A stretch of 64,000 nucleotides of DNA, taken from Candidatus Woesearchaeota archaeon (GTDB taxonomy: Archaea > Nanobdellota > Nanobdellia > Woesearchaeales > JAZDKJ01). Shown here piece after piece: positions 56,076 to 64,000 of the stretch; position 1 is the stretch's first letter, and each line of letters begins with the position of its first letter. The DNA is taken from contig JAZDKJ010000010.1 in NCBI GenBank assembly GCA_043803105.1, positions 47,052 through 111,051 of the forward strand. The letters are read 5' to 3'. The notes below the pieces were generated by a model, which was not told the DNA's origin, did no database searches, and saw nothing but the letters and a program-made list of their open reading frames with translations. Position numbers and translations under genes: made by a program.

Positions 56076-58916
56076 TTATTTCTTCTTTTTCTGCGAATCA
56101 GGTTTTTTTCTTTCTGCTATGCTTATGCCTATTATGAATCCTATCAGTATGACAAAGCCTGCTATGATGTATGCATAGTAAGCTCTCACATAGGCTTTTA
56201 TCTTCTGATACAAGCCTTGTGCTTTGGTTGCAGCAGTTGCCTTGCTGACGCATATAGTCAATTCACCGCTGCTTGCGCTTCCTCCCTTTGTGTCCTCTAC
56301 AAAGAACTCGATTTTGTCAGTGCCTGTAAAGCCCTTTTCTGGTATGAGTGTTGCTGTCTCGCCTGCTATCATTGCAGTTATGTGTGCAGGTTGTGTAGAG
56401 CTGAAGGATAGTATGTCCATATCAGGGTCTGTGAATGCCTTTGATAGGTTGACCTTAAGCTCACTGTCTTGAATCACCTTTATTGTGCAGTTTGCCAAAG
56501 GAGTTTCCGGTACCCCATAGCTTACCCGCTTTAGTGCCTCTATTGTCAGGTTAAGCTCTAATTCTGTTATGTTTGTCCTGGAGATTATGAGTTGCTTATT
56601 TTCTTCTAACAATCGTATGAAGTCTTTGTTGGCAACGAGTTCTCCTGTTTGTATGTTCACTATGTTGCCTGTCTTGTTGTATCCGTACGTGCCGTTGGCA
56701 AGTATTTGCAGGAGCTTGTCCTGCTCGTAGACTTCTTTTACCTCTTCCTGTGTGATATTTTTCAAGGGCTGTTCTTCAGGCTTTGCTGTAAACCTTGGCT
56801 TGTACTTTATGTATCCGAACACTAGGATGGCTATCAGCAGCACTAAGATTATCCATGCAAACAGTCTTTTCTTATGCTCCACTTTTGATGCTAATAGGAG
56901 CAGGACTATCAGTACAAGGATGCTTCCTGCGATGATTAGGTAGGTCTTGTAAGTCCGTGCAAATTCGCGTAATCTTGTTGTAATTGGTATGGTTGCTTGA
57001 GGCTGTGCTGTCTCATTCTCAGGTTGTGATATGTTGAATGTTGGATGTGCTCCTGTTGGTACAGTTTCTTCCTGTGCCCTTTCCTTGTAAATCTTGTAGC
57101 TGTAGTACCCGATTCCAGCTAGCGCTGCTATCACGAATAGTATGAATATCCACGTTACCCATTTTGGTTTTCTTCTCTTTTTTTCCTCAGTTACCCTTGC
57201 TTTTTGCAGTTGCTTTATTTTTCGTTCCTGTTCGCGCTCCTGTTTCTTCAGGTCCTGCATCCTGGTCTTATGTTCTTGTTTTATCTCAGTGAGCCTTTCC
57301 CTTCTTAGTTTTTCCAGCGCACCCATCTCCTCTCGTACAGGTTCCCGTTCCTTCACAGGCTCCCTTGCAGGCCCTTCTGCCTTGATGCGCTCTTTTGGTT
57401 TCTCTTCAGCTCTTGGCCTCCTTCTTGCTACGATTGTTGCAACTGTAAACAAAACAAGCAGGAGTAATATTCCGCCAATTAGGTACCATTGATACTGGAG
57501 GAACGTCGATAGTGCACCCGACAATCCGCTCCGCCCTAGCATTATGTCAAGTTGCTCTGTGTACACAGCATTCTCTGTTGCTGCTACTAATGTTGCCTTA
57601 TAGTCTCCAGAGCTAATCTCGCTTGTTGGGCTTGTGCTTACCGCGAATTCTGCGGTCTGCCCTGCATCTAAGGTTATGCTTCGAGGCGAAATTTCTGCCC
57701 AGTTTATTCCGTAAATACTGAGCCTGTATGTGGTTTTCTTTGTTCCTGTATTCTGTATCTGCAAAGCATTGATTTGTGAACTGTAATTTACCTGTAGCTG
57801 CCTCAAGAAGAATTTTGGTGTTCCGCAGTTCTCAACGCTTACAGGTATGCTTACCTCGCTCTGGATCTGCCCTACCAGGGTGTTCACGTCGAGCTTTAGC
57901 ACTGTTGAACTCGCTTGGCTAGGGTTAAGGTTGATGAACAAAAGTATTGACTGGTTTTTTGCAAGCGTTATCGAATTGGTGTTCAATCGCGCCCATGACT
58001 CATCTCTAAGGTTTATGGTGTAAGTATTCTGCATTTCTGCAGTGTTCTTGAATATCAAAGGTATGTTTTGCACAGTTCCCTGGCAGACTCTGTAGCTTTC
58101 TGTCTGTGGCTTGAAGGTTGTGCTGTTTTGTGGTGTAAGCTCTCCGAGCTGCACATGGTACTGATAGCAAGGAGCTATTGACAGGTAGTATGGTGTTTGT
58201 GCGCTAAGCTGATTGTTTATTGCTGTTATTTTGAGGTTGCCTTTGAAGCTGCCATATCTTTCGCACGGTGTCAGTGTGAACAGGTACACTGTTCTTGTTT
58301 CTCCTGGTGCCAGTGTTACAGGGTTTTCGCTTGCGCGCGTATATTGGGGGAAAAGGTCAGTTGCTATGTCATATTGTTCTGTGAATGAGCCTGTGTTTTT
58401 TATCTCATACTGAAACATTGCGCTTGTGCATGGGCATATGCTCGCGCTATTCACCCTTGGTATCAACCTAAGGTTTTGTGACCTCATTATGTTTAGTTGG
58501 ACTTTGAATGCTTCGCTTAGTCCGTTGTCTGTCTGGACAGTTATGACTAGTTTTTTTGTTCCGCTGACCTCGCAGGGTATTGTCATGAACAACTCTATTT
58601 TCTGCTCCTGCCCGCTGCTTGACGCAAATCTGCTTGGCGCTGCAGCCACCCATTTGCTTGCCTCTCCAGACACTGTTATGGTGTACGAGCTCGTTGTCGG
58701 TATCTGCGCTTCCTGCTCTGTATTCTGGTTGTTCACAGTGTAAGTTGCAGTCATTACCGGTGGATTGTTGTTTATTATTGTGAATTGTGCGCTTGTGCTT
58801 GCGCAGCTGTATGCGTTTATTGTGCTTGCCGCGCTGATTGAGAAGGATTCGATTGCCGTGCAGGGCGCTAAGAATGCGATGAATATCAGGATGGCTAAAA
58901 TTGCTCGCTTTGTCAT
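56076..58916 (-). CDS. Large cell-surface protein with Ig-like/CARDB-like repeats and several TM segments
   Basis: Signal peptide; repeated IxNTG...Y.I...TL.PGE beta domains; AFTDPDMDILSF cadherin-like motif; multiple TM helices. Confidence 0.85.
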   Translation of the reverse strand: MTKRAILAILIFIAFLAPCTAIESFSISAASTINAYSCASTSAQFTIINNNPPVMTATYTVNNQNTEQEAQIPTTSSYTITVSGEASKWVAAAPSRFASSSGQEQKIELFMTIPCEVSGTKKLVITVQTDNGLSEAFKVQLNIMRSQNLRLIPRVNSASICPCTSAMFQYEIKNTGSFTEQYDIATDLFPQYTRASENPVTLAPGETRTVYLFTLTPCERYGSFKGNLKITAINNQLSAQTPYYLSIAPCYQYHVQLGELTPQNSTTFKPQTESYRVCQGTVQNIPLIFKNTAEMQNTYTINLRDESWARLNTNSITLAKNQSILLFINLNPSQASSTVLKLDVNTLVGQIQSEVSIPVSVENCGTPKFFLRQLQVNYSSQINALQIQNTGTKKTTYRLSIYGINWAEISPRSITLDAGQTAEFAVSTSPTSEISSGDYKATLVAATENAVYTEQLDIMLGRSGLSGALSTFLQYQWYLIGGILLLLVLFTVATIVARRRPRAEEKPKERIKAEGPAREPVKEREPVREEMGALEKLRRERLTEIKQEHKTRMQDLKKQEREQERKIKQLQKARVTEEKKRRKPKWVTWIFILFVIAALAGIGYYSYKIYKERAQEETVPTGAHPTFNISQPENETAQPQATIPITTRLREFARTYKTYLIIAGSILVLIVLLLLASKVEHKKRLFAWIILVLLIAILVFGYIKYKPRFTAKPEEQPLKNITQEEVKEVYEQDKLLQILANGTYGYNKTGNIVNIQTGELVANKDFIRLLEENKQLIISRTNITELELNLTIEALKRVSYGVPETPLANCTIKVIQDSELKVNLSKAFTDPDMDILSFSSTQPAHITAMIAGETATLIPEKGFTGTDKIEFFVEDTKGGSASSGELTICVSKATAATKAQGLYQKIKAYVRAYYAYIIAGFVILIGFIIGISIAERKKPDSQKKKK

Positions 58917-58988
58917 CTGTTTTGCTCCAAAGTCGGTGTAGTGGTAACCGATAGCAATAAAAACAAAAAAAAATAAGAAGAAAATAAG

Positions 58989-60299
58989 TTAATAATAACT
59001 TTTTTCTTTCTCTTCAGTTGATCCCTCTCCTGAACCTCTCAACTTATTGAAGCCGATTATTAGGCCGAGGATCACCAAGATTACGATTAGCACCACTAGC
59101 CCGATTTCAAGGACCTGCTTCACTTTGTTCCAATCCATTGTGCTCGATGCCTGTGTAGCCCCTACAACATTTGCAGTCATTGGTATCTGTTTGAGTGTGT
59201 CTGCCCCGGAGCTTACTGTGACGCTGAACATTCTCTGTCCTGCTGGTGTGTTCGAGTTTGCTGCGACATAGATGAATGCTGCTTTTGTCTCTCCTGGACC
59301 GATGATGAGGGTGTTGCTTGGGCTCACTCTTGCATCTGCCCATCCTGTTGTTCCGTCGATGCTCAGCATGTATGTCTTGCTGCTCTGTCCGTTATTGGTT
59401 AGTGTTAAGGGATAAATGACCCCGCCAGCGCCTGCTGTCACATCTTGTGTGGTTGCTCCAACACTTATGATTGTTTGGGGTGTAGAAGGTTGTGTCTGCC
59501 CCCCTGGTGTGATTGGAGTTGCTGGTTTGCAAAGGTCTCCGTCTGTTAAGAGGATGCTTGTCTCAGCAGTGTCTTGCTTGTGCCCGTCATCATACTCAAC
59601 CACTACCTCAATCTTGTAGATTCCAGGTGTGGCGCAGTTGGGTATTCTCAGGTAAAGCTCTTCTGAGCTTGTTGATTCGTCTGCCTCGAGGGTGTCAATA
59701 TAGTCTGACGCGGATATCCCTAAGGCTGGAATGCTTACCTGTATCTTTATTCCCTCCTCGTCCTTCTCCCCATAGTTCTTGATTCTTACTGTTGTAAGTA
59801 GTGCTCTTCCTGCCTGCACATTGTTCTCTGGAGAAAGTACTATGTCCCTGATTGTTAGCTGGTGCCTTGCACCTTGGAGATTGAGGGCATATCTTCCTTC
59901 GAATGATGCTCCTCTTCGTGATCCGACCCTTACTCTCAGGTCATACCTGTCTTTTTCTGCGTTTTCAGGTATTTGCACCTGTAGTGTTTTATACACAGTA
60001 TCATTAGCATCCATGTCAAATGGCTCTGTGGACTCTGATATCTTTTCCACATCATTGTACTCATAGCCCAGGATGTCTGCAGCAACTTCGACATTCTCTT
60101 CATTTTGGCTTGCCAATAGCTTGACCCTGATGTCAAGGATATCGCCCCTCTCGACCACAAGTTGGTCTCCTGATTCAAAGACGTCTCCGTTAATCTTTAC
60201 ATAATCAACAGTTGGTAAGGCATAAACTGCCCCGCATGCGAGGAGAAGTCCAATCAAAAGTGCTGCCCATGTTGCTTGTTTCATTTCTTTTACCCCCAA
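58989..60299 (-). CDS. CARDB/Ig-like membrane-anchored surface (S-layer-associated) protein
   Basis: Signal peptide; VRIKNYG.KDEE, LTNNG domains; PT-rich linker; C-terminal TM. Confidence 0.85.
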   Translation of the reverse strand: MGVKEMKQATWAALLIGLLLACGAVYALPTVDYVKINGDVFESGDQLVVERGDILDIRVKLLASQNEENVEVAADILGYEYNDVEKISESTEPFDMDANDTVYKTLQVQIPENAEKDRYDLRVRVGSRRGASFEGRYALNLQGARHQLTIRDIVLSPENNVQAGRALLTTVRIKNYGEKDEEGIKIQVSIPALGISASDYIDTLEADESTSSEELYLRIPNCATPGIYKIEVVVEYDDGHKQDTAETSILLTDGDLCKPATPITPGGQTQPSTPQTIISVGATTQDVTAGAGGVIYPLTLTNNGQSSKTYMLSIDGTTGWADARVSPSNTLIIGPGETKAAFIYVAANSNTPAGQRMFSVTVSSGADTLKQIPMTANVVGATQASSTMDWNKVKQVLEIGLVVLIVILVILGLIIGFNKLRGSGEGSTEEKEKSYY

Positions 60300-60483
60300 A
60301 CTTGATTTTAGACTATGAACAATGTGTTCTTGGTATTTACTATCGTGTAGTTACCTGTAATCCCAAACCACTATTTAAAACTTTGTGTTTTTTTCATAAA
60401 ATAGTAGTTATTATGTTTGACTATTCTATAGTAATCACAACTTATATTTAAATATTATTATGGTTGTCAATATAAGTTAGTCG

Positions 60484-63400
60484 CTATATGATGCGAAGGT
60501 CCCGATGCCTTACCCTCTGCAGTCCATCGTCTGTTGTTAAGGTTACCCTCAATGTATAGACTCCTGGCTTTGTATCACCTGGAATGTCAAGCAAGAGGCC
60601 CTTGTGCATTACATCATTTACTTCAGGTCCGTCAAAAGGTCCGATTTTTGTTGAGATCCCCATTGCCTCGATTGTCACTCTTATCGTTGCCCTCTTGATG
60701 TCTGTAACGCCCATGTTCTCGAAATTTAGGTCCACCCATATCTGGTCTCCTGCCCTGACGAGCGCGTATTCTTCACTGTCCATCCTTATTGTGTCAATGT
60801 GTATCTTTCTTCTCGGGTAAATGTCGACTTTCGGCACCCTCACTAGTATGTTAAACGACTGTGAGTCAGACAATTCACCGTCAGAGACCACCACTGTTAC
60901 GCTGTTGTTTCCGATTTGGTTTTTCGTCGGCTTCCATTCTATTAGCCCGCTCGTTGGGTTTATCGTCATCCCTGCTGGCGCATGTTTCAGTAGGTAGGTC
61001 AATGTGTCTCCGTCAGGGTCTATCGCAACAACCTGGTATCTGTATAATGCATCAAACTGGCCTGCGCTCTTTTCCACTACCTCTGTTGTTGGTGTCGAGA
61101 CTATCTGTGGTGCATTGTTCTCATGCCCAACTGTGACTGCCACAGTTTGCTGCGCTGTTGCTCCGTCCAAGTCTCTTAGTATCATCGTGATGGTTTTGCC
61201 TCCGACCTTGTTATGCGCTGGTGTGATTGTTAGCAAGTGCTGCCAATCGACCGCTGCATTAAACAGGCTTTGGTTCACGTTTGCCGCTATCCAAGTGAGC
61301 GCGTTTCCATGGTCCTCAACATCAAACTCAAACCTGGTGAGGTTGACTCGAAGCACAGTATTCTTTTCAGTGAATAATGGGCCGATGTTGCCGATGATTC
61401 TTGGTAGGTTGTTGTGTATCGAGAGGTTGACAGTCTTCTCTCCACCGCTATGGTCTGAAAAGTTGAATGCAAATGTGAATACCTGGCTTAGTCCAAGGAA
61501 GTCGTGTGTTGGTGGGATTGGCCTTAATTCGTAATAATACCAGTTGTTGCCTGATTGTAGCTCAGTCAGGTCTGCCCTTCCCCCTGGTGGGCTGACAAGC
61601 GTTGCCCTCGTTATTATCGAAGGTACCAGTGTCCCTTGATTACTTAGATCTATTACCTGGAATTTCACAAACATATCCTCTGCCCTTAGGAAATCATAAT
61701 CTTGCATAGAGAATCCTGAGTTGTTGAATACTCTCAGATTTATTATGTCGTAACGGTGGTCAAGCACTTCGTAGCTAAAGGTTGGTCTTCTGTCAAAGTC
61801 TCCTATGCTCCCTTCCTTTTCAGCAGTTGCATATACTATGTAGTTTCCGTCTTCTCCTGCGTTGTATTTTATCTCGCAGCCACCGCTAATTTGGTCGGTT
61901 GTGCACCTGCCAAATAGTTCGTCTGTGTGCAGGTTGAAAAGTTTGATTGTAACCTCCCCCGCCGCTCCTGTTTGAGTTCTGGCTCTCACACTGCATGACT
62001 GATCGTTGTTCTCTATGACATATTCAAAGCATTGTAATGAGCTTACATTCAGTCTTAATGCCCTGCATACTCTACTGCAGCCGTCAGTTCCTGCCGTAAC
62101 TCCATTGCACACTGGATCAGCAGTGCATCCTGTGAACCTCGAATCGCAGATTTCGCTGTCCACAAACTGGCAGTTGTGGTTGCACTCATCCCTGAGGAAA
62201 GTCTCCCCTATTTTGTTGCATGAAAAGAATAATGTGTCCGGTGGCAGTCCCTCGCATCCCCTGGATGCTCCGCATGCCTCCTTGCATTCATCTGCGTGAA
62301 TATACATGTTATCTTCGCATTGCTCAAATGTACCGTCAGGATTGCATTTGAACTCATGTCCGTCACCAAACTGTCCATCTGTAATGCAAACGCTTGGTTG
62401 CTCATGAACACACATGCATTCATTGTCGCACGTATCCATGGTCCATTCGTTCTGGTCTTCACAGTCTTCATCTGTTGCACACTCTGCCCCGCACTCTCCC
62501 TCGGTGCATGAGAATGAGTAAGCTGTTTCCGTGCAACCGCATTCAGAATTGCAGTTACCAAATTCAGGCCTTGTGCCTAGCTTTGTGCCAAAGCATTTCT
62601 CTGGGCATTGTGGGCAGAAGTCATTGTTGGTTGTTCCTGGTAGCTCGCACTGTTCTCCTGGTTGGATGATATTATCTCCGCAATGGGGTATCGGAATGTG
62701 CTGGCACAGACAATTATCAAGGCAGCTGTCGGTTGTGTGAGGATTGCCGTCGTCGCAGTCAGCGTTTGTAGAGCATTGCGCGCCACAACTGTTCTTAACG
62801 CAGGAATAAACAAAATTGTCAGGAACGCAACCACACAGGCCATCACAGTTGCCAAAAGCATCACGCGAACCAGTAGAATGATTCAAACAAGTTGAAACAC
62901 TCTGGGAACAAAAAACATTATTGTTAGTATTCGGAAGCTCGCACTGCTCTCCAGCACCAACAATATTGTCGCCGCAATAAGGAATCGGAATATACCTGCA
63001 AGAACAGCCACCAAGTTCACAAACATCAGTTGTATGCGGATTCTGGTCATCACAATCAGAGTTTGTTAAGCACTGTGCGCCACAACTGTCTTTTACGCAT
63101 GAATATACAAATTGGTCTGGAACGCAGCCGCATTGGGCATCACAGTTCCCAAAAGCATCCCTAGTACCAGTCTTATTACCCTGACAAGCAGAAGTCGACT
63201 GACCACAATAAGCATTATTGTTAGTGTTCGGCAACTCACAAGTCTCGCCAGAACCAACAATGTTGTCGCCGCAGTAAGGTATCGGAATATGCTGGCAAGA
63301 ACAATTGTCAAGACAGCTATCCGTCGTATGAACATTACCATCATCACAATCAGCATTCACAGAACACTGAGCGCCACAACTATTCTTAACACAAGCAAAA

Positions 63401-64000
63401 GTGAAAGGCTTATTCACGCAAGCACACTCCCCATTACAGTCACCAAAAGCAGGCCTCGTGCCTGTAGTAAGATTCACACAAGTGGAAGTACTCTCAGCAC
63501 AATTCACGTTATTAGGATTATTAGGAGGCTCACACTGCTCGCCAAACTGAATAATATAATCCCCACAATAAGGTACCGGAATATGTTGGCAAGAACAATT
63601 AGCCAAACAAGTGTCAGTTGTAAAAGGATTCTGGTCATCACAATCAGCATTCACAGAACACTGAGCGCCACAACTATTCTTCACGCAAGAATAAACAAAC
63701 TGGTCAGGAACACAACCGCACTGCCCATTGCAGTTACCCAAAGAATCCCTCACACCAAGCTTAGTATCAAGACACACATTAGTACTCTGGGAACAATAAA
63801 CATTATTATTCGTGTTCGGCAACTCACACTGCTCCCCAGCACCAACAGCCCCATCTCCACAGTACGGAATCGGTATGTGCTCGCAAAGGCAGTTTGCCAG
63901 GCAGTTGTCAGTTGTATAAGGATTGCCGTCGCTGCAGTCAGCGCTTGTAGAGCATTGCGCGCCACAATTATTTTTTACGCACGAATAAACAAACTGGTCA
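60484..64000 (-). CDS. Large Cys-rich repeat surface protein with Ig/cadherin-like and CARDB-like C-terminus (5' end beyond window)
   Basis: Frame is open to the window edge; ~100-aa repeats CGDNIV..GEQCE.P...CDD.NP.T.D.C; NNAPQI...DPDGDTLTY...PAGMTIN..SGLIEW.P. Confidence 0.88.
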   Translation of the reverse strand, partial: DQFVYSCVKNNCGAQCSTSADCSDGNPYTTDNCLANCLCEHIPIPYCGDGAVGAGEQCELPNTNNNVYCSQSTNVCLDTKLGVRDSLGNCNGQCGCVPDQFVYSCVKNSCGAQCSVNADCDDQNPFTTDTCLANCSCQHIPVPYCGDYIIQFGEQCEPPNNPNNVNCAESTSTCVNLTTGTRPAFGDCNGECACVNKPFTFACVKNSCGAQCSVNADCDDGNVHTTDSCLDNCSCQHIPIPYCGDNIVGSGETCELPNTNNNAYCGQSTSACQGNKTGTRDAFGNCDAQCGCVPDQFVYSCVKDSCGAQCLTNSDCDDQNPHTTDVCELGGCSCRYIPIPYCGDNIVGAGEQCELPNTNNNVFCSQSVSTCLNHSTGSRDAFGNCDGLCGCVPDNFVYSCVKNSCGAQCSTNADCDDGNPHTTDSCLDNCLCQHIPIPHCGDNIIQPGEQCELPGTTNNDFCPQCPEKCFGTKLGTRPEFGNCNSECGCTETAYSFSCTEGECGAECATDEDCEDQNEWTMDTCDNECMCVHEQPSVCITDGQFGDGHEFKCNPDGTFEQCEDNMYIHADECKEACGASRGCEGLPPDTLFFSCNKIGETFLRDECNHNCQFVDSEICDSRFTGCTADPVCNGVTAGTDGCSRVCRALRLNVSSLQCFEYVIENNDQSCSVRARTQTGAAGEVTIKLFNLHTDELFGRCTTDQISGGCEIKYNAGEDGNYIVYATAEKEGSIGDFDRRPTFSYEVLDHRYDIINLRVFNNSGFSMQDYDFLRAEDMFVKFQVIDLSNQGTLVPSIITRATLVSPPGGRADLTELQSGNNWYYYELRPIPPTHDFLGLSQVFTFAFNFSDHSGGEKTVNLSIHNNLPRIIGNIGPLFTEKNTVLRVNLTRFEFDVEDHGNALTWIAANVNQSLFNAAVDWQHLLTITPAHNKVGGKTITMILRDLDGATAQQTVAVTVGHENNAPQIVSTPTTEVVEKSAGQFDALYRYQVVAIDPDGDTLTYLLKHAPAGMTINPTSGLIEWKPTKNQIGNNSVTVVVSDGELSDSQSFNILVRVPKVDIYPRRKIHIDTIRMDSEEYALVRAGDQIWVDLNFENMGVTDIKRATIRVTIEAMGISTKIGPFDGPEVNDVMHKGLLLDIPGDTKPGVYTLRVTLTTDDGLQRVRHRDLRII

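Noticed and set aside
1-64000. CRISPR array, rRNA, integrase or transposase genes
   Set aside because: No regularly spaced repeat-spacer array, rRNA-like stretch or recombinase/transposase motif was seen.

Overview
Archaeal genomic window, most likely from a DPANN (Woesearchaeota-like) organism. This is inferred from Cdc6/Orc1, NreA and RNase HII with PIP boxes, a PINA-type ATPase, TATA-box promoters and BHB-intron tRNAs. Positions ~1-28 kb are an accessory/defence region. It holds a GIY-YIG gene, a UvrD-nuclease fusion, and a coupled three-gene unit (unknown protein + DruE-like DEAH/DUF1998 helicase + PD-(D/E)xK nuclease). It also holds an MmeI-like type IIL R-M gene, a TcmP + radical SAM pair, a ParB-containing provirus/plasmid-like module, toxin-antitoxin genes and a dispersed ~70-bp structured intergenic repeat, one copy of which carries an 86-bp MITE-like insertion. 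Positions ~28-64 kb are mostly core genes (intein-containing PurD-like ligase, serS, cdc6, nreA, hpt, smc, rnhB) plus surface proteins. Three tRNA genes were read by hand, and all carry a BHB intron at position 59/60. The initiator tRNA-Met gene is split into five exons by four introns and sits directly upstream of a free-standing LAGLIDADG gene. An 11-bp motif (CACTGGACATT) recurs just upstream of the TATA box of three unlinked accessory genes. No CRISPR array, rRNA or integrase was seen. All family calls come from motif recognition by eye, not database searches.
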